The translations under genes and the position numbers were made by a program. Shown piece by piece: positions 56,740-64,000 of a DNA stretch of 64,000 nt (positions are counted from its first letter, which is position 1; every line of letters starts with the position of its first letter). Under the pieces are notes generated by a model. It saw only the letters and a program-made list of their open reading frames with translations. It made no database searches and was not told the origin of the DNA. Source of the stretch: Podarcis erhardii. Taxonomy: Eukaryota. The stretch lies in the NCBI GenBank assembly GCA_964252035.1, contig OZ176203.1; one strand, given 5' to 3'.

Positions 56740-59700
56740 AAGGAGGACATATTCAAAATGCATGTAGCAGTGGAGTGTGAATGTACCACAGTACAATTAT
56801 GTGGAAAAGAAATATAATTTATTTTGCCCGTGCATACATCTTACTGATGCAGGAATTCTGATGCAGCGTTGGTATGAAAGTGGCCCAGTGAATTACTGAG
56901 AGCACAAATGTTGGTTCATTAATCTTTGGAGAGGCCATGCTTCAGAAACATGGGGGAGGGTGTTTGTTCTTCTGGCAGGATTTGCGCAATACACTGCTAA
57001 TATACTTGGTAAGAACAGGATAGAATGAACTATTTTCAACAAATTATGGTGAATTGAGGATTGAAGTTTAATTCAAATTGTTTTTAGATTCAGAATCTAT
57101 CCTTAGTTGCTGTTGTACAGCTTAAAGGTAGTGACTTGAATGGTCAAGCATCCCAAAGTAACCGTCAAGAGTACTTTAAACTGTAAAGCCTTTCGTGTTT
57201 GGTAGTTTGCCCAGAATCTTGTAATGCTTCAGCTGGGCAGTGGTTATTACATTTTTAGATGTTTGATTAGGTTTTAATCTGCTGTCTTGTTGGTAGCAGC
57301 TTTCATTAGGGTATCAGTAGCTGAAATCCAAGTGGCATATGAAGGGTTCTTCAGTCTTCTCTGGGGATGATAGCAGACTTAATTTTTCTCTGTGGGTTAA
57401 TAGTTCCTTAAAGAAGTGGCAGCCCAGTTAACATGTTCTAAAATCCTTCACATGGAACATCCCTAAGGGTGCAGCCAAGTGCAGGAAGAAATGTCTGATC
57501 TGGGCCATTGTAGCCTAAAGTAGTAAAGAGATGTGGTTGCGACGTCTTTATTGGCAAAGAAAGGATTTATGTCAACATTGCACCCTAGATGCAATGTTGA
57601 GATATCCACCTGTGTAATCTTGACAGTCCCAGATAAACTATTGTTTTCCAGCTTTAGGGATTGCCTAAAGACCACTAACAGACAGGTACAGTTCACCTAA
57701 AAATCAATGATAGCATATCAGAAAAAGATCTGTTCTTCCATACTTCAATTTATTCTTGCTGCAGATTGAATTTTCCAGGAGCAAAGTCAAAATCAAATGT
57801 TGTCCTTTTTTGTCCTGCTACGTACCGGTATATTGTGCAAGACAGATATTGCTGCATTAGAATCCTTCCCATATAGAGCATATTTCTCAGAATGGAAAGA
57901 TCAGAATTGAGTTTCAAAAAAGAAAACTCTTCATACAATATATGTACCAGTTGGTGCACTTAGCTTTGGCAGCTATCTTGTTATGCATTCAGTACAACCC
58001 TTAAAAAACGGATGCTATGGACCCAATCAAGCCCTTAGAGCTGGAGACAAAGATCCAACCACTGGACAGCATGCACATCCTGAATTGATTAGGATTTGCA
58101 ACTGCTCCCAATATGTTCTAAATGTATCAGTCCCTTGAATAAAATAGTTTTAACTGTTGTAATACACAGGATGCTGACAGTCTTGCTATATGGAATATTA
58201 TAAAATAATGTGAATGACCCCAATAAGAACATACACAAGAAAAAAGTGTACAAACTATAAATAGAAATCATTTCCACTGGTTGTTTTATGTTTTGTTTTT
58301 TAATGATTCAGCCATTTCCTCTAACATACAGTGCTTACAGACCATTTTCTCAGATGGGATAAGATTTTAATAATAGTTCTATGTTTGAATATTGTTGATG
58401 TCTGATGTAATTAATTGTCTGATTCATTACTATTGCCTGCAGTTTACATATGATACTTATCCCTGTTGGCCTGCACTATTTGTTTGGTATGAACATAGTG
58501 AGTTAATATTTTATGTAGAGCATGAAACATTTCTTTAAATTTACTTTTTTTGTTAACAGCCTGGAAATGTTTGGATCTCCTGATTTGAAAGCATATGTAA
58601 AGTAGATCAGCATTTTCTAGACTTTTGTTGGTATAATAATACTTGAAATTAACGTGTCTCCTAGCTGTCAGCTCTGTCATGTGAATGTAACTACAAAACA
58701 TTGCCTAGGCAAACTTTTTGAATAGTGTCCTAAAGGCTACTTCACATATTATGCAGAGGCAACCTTAGCTATACAACCAAGCCTAAACTTGACATGGAGC
58801 TGCAACCAACTCTGCAACCACATTCATATGTGGCATTTTTCCATGTATGCTTATGGCATATTGTGTGTATATGTATTTTTGGGAGGGCAGAATGGTGATG
58901 TGTGAAGTGATCCTACTTTTAAAAATGATAATTAAATGTCAGACAGATTGCTATAATTCAGTTTTAGAAATTTATTTTAAATTTAGAAACATTATAAAAA
59001 GGCTTTAAAAATATACAGTAATGCGGCTTTAAAAAATATACAGTAGTAAATGGCTAAGTCACACAAAGAGTAAACCCACTGTATTCAAGGTGGTTAGTTA
59101 GTTATGACTACAAATCCATTGATTTTAATGGTACTATTCTAACTTAGTCAGATACCACCCATAAGAAGAAGAAAATTTCAGTCTCTTCCTACCACCCCTG
59201 CTATACACTTAGCAAAGGCATACATGTCTCTTAACATTCAAAAGCCATGAAGGCAAAAGTGAGCTGTGTGCCGTTTTAGGCTGCTGGCCTGATATATCCA
59301 ACATAGTTTGATCCTCTGCATCCCAGTTCAATTCAACTCAACTGCATGTCACCACAGTACTTAGGATTACATGTAAGGTGGCAATCCTAGACATACTTGC
59401 CTAGGAGTAAGTCCAGTGGAACTTCCTTCTGAATAAACAGATGTAGAATGGGGCTGTTTGTTTGGAAAGCTGGAACCGGATCTTTTGAAATTGTAGTGCA
59501 AATTCTGAGGTTAAAACTCTTTTGAAAATAGTGAATAAGCAGTGACTGCTGCCTACTAAATCTACTTACTAAAAAGCGGAGTGTACAGAAGATTGTTTCA
59601 TTTCTGTGATACAAGGTTTGTCATAAGCATCTACACTTTTGTAAGCACAAACAAGTATGGGCTTTATACTGAAATAATTGTTTTAGCACTCAACAAAAGA

Positions 59701-61379
59701 TTTGTAGCCAATTTGGTGATATGTCCAATGAATGTCAGCCTCTGATGTATTATAAATTTCTTCGTGGCCTATTAAACTGTATGGCTGGATAATAATAAAA
59801 AGTGAGGACTTTGAAGACAATGGTTAGCAACTGATGTTTTAGTTCTTGATAATGACATTGAATTTTAATGAATACATTCCAGTTTCTTTTATAAGACAAC
59901 ATTTGTAATAAAACCTCATCTGTTCTTTGGCTGTTGTGGATTTTATAAGAGTAAAAATAAAACCTGCTCAATAACAACGATAAAAGTAATGTTTCAGAAA
60001 GGGCAGTGGCAATGCATCAAATGGAAAAGGGGGAAAGCACTTTTTTTCTAAATAGCTGTGGTTGTTTTGTTGTTTAACTTTGAAACAATACAACTGGGAG
60101 CACCTGCTTTGAGCAGAGCTGGGGGGGTGGGGGCGTATGCTAAAATCTTTATCCACATGAAGTTTTGGTGCTCAAATTTGGCTTCTCCTCTGCAGCTGCT
60201 TTCCTACACCAAGTGGGGGGGGGTAATATATATTGTCCCCTCACTTAGTTTGATCCTCTCTAGCACAATACATGTTTATGGTCTGCTTTTTAGTGTAATA
60301 GCAACTCTGTATCTGGCCTGCCCTATGGCTCTTGTGATATCTACACATAAAAAAGATTGGGATAGGCCAGAGCTGACGTTAGGTAGTTCAGGTGATGAAT
60401 ATTTGGATAAAATAAGTTTAGGAGAAAACTTGTCAGATTGCCACTACTCAAACTGAGAGAGAATTTTTTTCACCATCTTGACAAGGATGAAAATCACTTT
60501 GGCATGAAGCTTAAATTAGCTTGTACATACAATAGTTTTTGATAAGAGATTTGAGATCTACACTTCATAAAACTTAGCTCTGATTCTCCCCCAATTCATC
60601 TTACATTAAGTACATATAGATATGGCCCAAAGGCAGCAAGGAAGGATCAAGGCCCTCTATATGTTACTATAGTTTCTAAGTGTCTGTTGAACATCCTACA
60701 GGGAGAGAGAATATCTCGAAATCTGCGGAAAGATACTATTCTCACCCCAATATCTCAAGCGTGCATTTGGTTGGTGAGAATCTTGAAGAACCTGTTGTTC
60801 CGGACTGTTGTTCTGTTTTGTTTTAAGATAGGTTGTTTTTTTGTTTTAAGATTTTGATACTGCAAAATTAGTTATAAAGTGGCAATTCCACCCTGCTCAG
60901 TCCTAGCCTTCCAACCCTCTCTTCCTAAGGCTAGCACTAACTAGAAAGCTGCGGTTTCCACCTTCTTCTTGTAATGTGAAGAAATTCAACAGGTGTAGTT
61001 AGTTGCTCAGCCCTGCATCTCCACGATGGACCGTAGTTTGGAAGTCTCCAATCCTACGAGAATTAAAGCCAGAGGGTCCCTGGTCAGAAGGAAAAGTGGC
61101 AAGTCTGTAAGAAAGTGCACAGCAGGCAGAAATCCAACACGCACAGCAGCCTTTCCAACATAGCGATTGTGGAGTTTCTGAGTAAGCATTTCTGGCACCA
61201 ATGCAATAACTCCTGTGGAAAACCACTTAGAGTGAGTAGCTTAAGAGATTTTTTTTTTTTAAAGCGGTTTATATATTTTTTTTAATTCATAAAAAATCTT
61301 AACACGTAACATGCAAGCTTCACAAAAGTCAGTGAACTTACCTCCCAAGTGAGCAGACATAGGTACGGGGTGGCCACAT

Positions 61380-62720
61380 ATATTGGGTGAAACGACCGGC
61401 TCCTGCCCGCTGCCCTTCACTGAAGAAAGTTATCGAGCCGTTCGGCCTTTCCTTCGCCTGCTTTTCCCGCCGCACTGCGCAGGCGCGCGGTTGCCTAGAC
61501 AACGGCGGCTTTCCTCGCCGCCTTCTTTCCTCCGGGCGTTCCTCCTTCCGCTAATTCTGTCACGTTGAAGAAACGTGACGTCAATCACCTCTTGGAAAAG
61601 GCGGGAGTAAGAGCTCGCCGAAGGCGCCCACAGAGCTGAACAGTTGAAGAGTGACAACCAACTTCCCAGCTTCCGGCTCGATTTAGCCCTAATTTCCAGC
61701 AGCCTGGTATACCTGCGCTAGATGGCGCAGTCTCAGCTCCGTTGAGTTCATTGGGACTTGTGGTGACAGCTCCTACTGTCACAAATAGGAGTGTCATAAA
61801 TCAATCCTCCCTCGGCTTCGGCTCCCTTTCCTCCTCGTGAAATGTTGGGAAGATAGTGGCGTGTTGGCGCTCCAGTTTTCTAAAGGTTTAAAAAGTCAAA
61901 AGATCGTTTCCCCCCCCCCCTCACAGAATGAGCATCGACCCCGTCTTCAGCACGTGAAATGGCAACTCTAAACTAACTCTCTGTGGAGAACGCCGAGCAG
62001 CCCCGCCCACTCCCTCAGGTTCTAAAGGGCAACGGCGCACTCCGGAAGCGGCCGGAGCAAGTTTGTGCGATTGGCAAGCGCACTCTAGGACCCGGGCTCT
62101 AAACACGGCTGTTCAAACTGGCGGGTGAGCTTCTTTCTTCAAACGGCTTGCCGCCTTTTTTAAACATGCGAGCGCGAGGGAAGAAGTGGGAGACCCTTAT
62201 AGGTTATTGTAAAAGGTTATTGGTTAAAAGCGAGGTCATGTGATGGTGGGCTCGGGATAGGAAAGGAAGGCGCGCGCAGTTTCTCTCTTCTCACTCTCCC
62301 CCCCCCCCCCGCCTAACTCATTTAGTCAACCGTTTTCTTTCAGGCGTTGGCTTTTAAATCGGCGCGCGCCAGCTGGGGCGCGCGGGTGGGGGGGGATCAC
62401 GTGAGAGGAGGAGGAAAGCCCGATTGGTTGGCGCCTCATGGAACCTGTCGTGGGGCGAGCGTCGGATTCTCTCGAGGGTTGTAGAAGATAGAGAGTCGCT
62501 TGTTTGCCTCAACCGGCTCGCAGCTGCGCAGAACAGATCCCGTCGTTTTAGACGCGGATACACCCGCATACGTTCCGCTGCATTTAGAAGCGCCCGAGTT
62601 ACGATATCGACCTGCTTTGCATGCGCAGTTTCCTGTTGAAACTGTGTTATTCGCGATGTAATTGGATGCGTGTCAAGGCCTTCTTTTTGCACGCTCATTC
62701 ACTGCTGCAAGGGCGTTACG
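61380..62720. promoter_or_regulatory. Second CpG-island promoter; likely 5' end of the next gene (GGACT by vertebrate synteny, inferred only)
   Basis: CpG-rich; full CRE TGACGTCA 61576-61583, ETS-like CCGGAAG 62042-62048, E-box CACGTG 62398-62403, reverse CCAAT 62423-62427. No coding exon recognised. Confidence 0.75.
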
Positions 62721-62915
62721 ACTGACACACGTGCGTTTTTTTCCTATTCCCTATGATATTATCTTTCTGCTGCTTTAGGTACCTTGGCTTTTGACTATGA
62801 ATATATAAAACCACTGAATTATTTGCAAGGGTTTTGTTTTTTTAGAGCTTTGTTTGTTTGTTTGTTTTGGGGGGGGGGGTTAAACGCGCTTCATTTTCTC
62901 CAGTGAAAGATTAAG

Positions 62916-63153
62916 GCAGCCTAAAGCCCGGGGGCCGGATGCAGCCCAATTGCCTTCTCAATCCGGCCCACGGACAGTCCGGGAATCAGCGTGTTTTTTA
63001 CATGAGTAGAATGTGTTCTTTTATTTAAAATGTATCTCTGGGTTATTTGTGGGGCATAGGAATTTGTTCATATTTTTTTTTTCCAAAATATAGTTCGGCC
63101 CACCAGTCTGAGGGACAGTGGTGCCCACGGCTGAGAAAGATTGCTGACCCCTG
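62916..63153. mobile_element. hAT (Charlie-like) non-autonomous remnant
   Basis: gggggccggatgcagccc...aaagattgctgacccctg end motif. Confidence 0.55.
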
Positions 63154-63314
63154 GTTTAATGAGACCATGTAGTGCCTTATAGCTAGATTTTTAGCAGGTA
63201 ACGTCAACTGAGCGTTGAACAGAATGTCAAACACTCCCCACCCAAAAGGGAAGGTTCCTCTCCAACCTTACACTTTAGTCAGGCCGAAAACGTAAAAGGC
63301 AGCAGGACTTGTGC

Positions 63315-63737
63315 TTGTTGTTGTCATTTAGTCGTGTCCGACTCTTCGTGACCCCATGGACCAGAACACGCCAGGCACTTCTGTCTTCCACTGCCTCCGA
63401 CAGTTTGGTCAAACTCGTGCTGGTAGCTTCGAGAACACTGTCCAACCATCTCATCCTCTGTTGTCCCCTTCTCCTTGTGCCCTCCATCTTTCCCAACAGC
63501 AGGGTCTCTTCCAGGGAGTCTTCTCTTCTCATGAGGTGGCCAAAGTATTGGAGCCTCAGCTTCAGGATCTGTCCTTCCAGTGAGCACTCAGGGCTGATTT
63601 CCTTCAGAATGGATAGGTTTGGTCTTCTTGCAGTCCATGGGACTCTCAAGAGTCTCCTCCAGCACCATAATTCAAAAGCATCAATTCTTCAGCGGTCAGC
63701 CTTCTTTATGGTCCAGCTCTCACTTCCATACATCACT
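63315..63737 (-). mobile_element. BovB (RTE-clade LINE) 3' fragment
   Basis: Reverse-complement homolog of 6787-7220; (TTG)n tail at 63315. Confidence 0.92.
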
Positions 63738-63789
63738 GATAGTTTGCCATAATTGCCATCGCTACACAACAAAGGGACTTGTAGTGCTA

Positions 63790-64000
63790 CAGTGGTACCT
63801 CGGGTTAAGTACTTAATTTGTTCTGGAGGTCCGTTCTTAACCTGAAACTGTTCTTAACCTGAAGCACCACTTTAGCTAATGGGGCCTCCTGCTGCCTTCG
63901 CGCCACTGGAGCAAGATTTCTGTTCTCATCCTGAAGCAAAGTTCTTAACCCGAGGTACTATTTCTGGGTTAGTGGAGTCTGTAACCTGAAGCGTCTGTAA
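63790..64000. mobile_element. Tigger/pogo-like MITE (CAGTGGTACC family), runs off the window end
   Basis: TA|cagtggtacctcgggttaag start; homologous interior. Confidence 0.85.

Noticed and set aside
59001-59045. Short tandem duplication ggctttaaaaa(a)tatacagta x2 (also tccaaatccac x2 near 10183-10204)
   Set aside because: Ordinary slippage duplications with no sign of function.
60058-60456. 132-aa hydrophobic ORF downstream of TMTC4
   Set aside because: Non-ATG start, no splice context or family motif recognised; probably chance.
61380-64000. Assigning the gene symbol GGACT to a feature
   Set aside because: No GGACT coding sequence is visible in the window; the identity rests on recalled synteny only.

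Overview
Eukaryotic (squamate, probably lacertid lizard) genomic DNA, not prokaryotic; no rRNA, true tRNA or CRISPR array was seen. The window holds a complete + strand TMTC4 gene (transmembrane O-mannosyltransferase targeting cadherins 4): a CpG-island promoter at about 7.4-8.4 kb and 17 GT-AG coding exons from 10745 to 56389, giving 740 aa by hand-splicing. A second CpG-island promoter at about 61.4-62.7 kb may belong to GGACT (inferred from synteny only). Introns and flanks are packed with Sauria SINEs, CORE/MIR-like SINEs, BovB, CR1, L2 and Penelope fragments, Tc1/mariner MITEs and hAT MITEs. The standout is a 3.7 kb Ty1/copia-type LTR element (12311-16037, minus strand) inserted into a Sauria SINE in a TMTC4 intron. 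It has 412-bp LTRs that look identical, a perfect 5-bp TSD (CGCCG) and one uninterrupted 876-codon ORF encoding shortened Gag, protease-like and integrase domains, but no reverse transcriptase or RNase H. Its motifs are also altered: DSTA protease site, D,D(32)E integrase, degenerate Zn knuckle and a shortened half-tRNA PBS. All coordinates and comparisons were done by eye.
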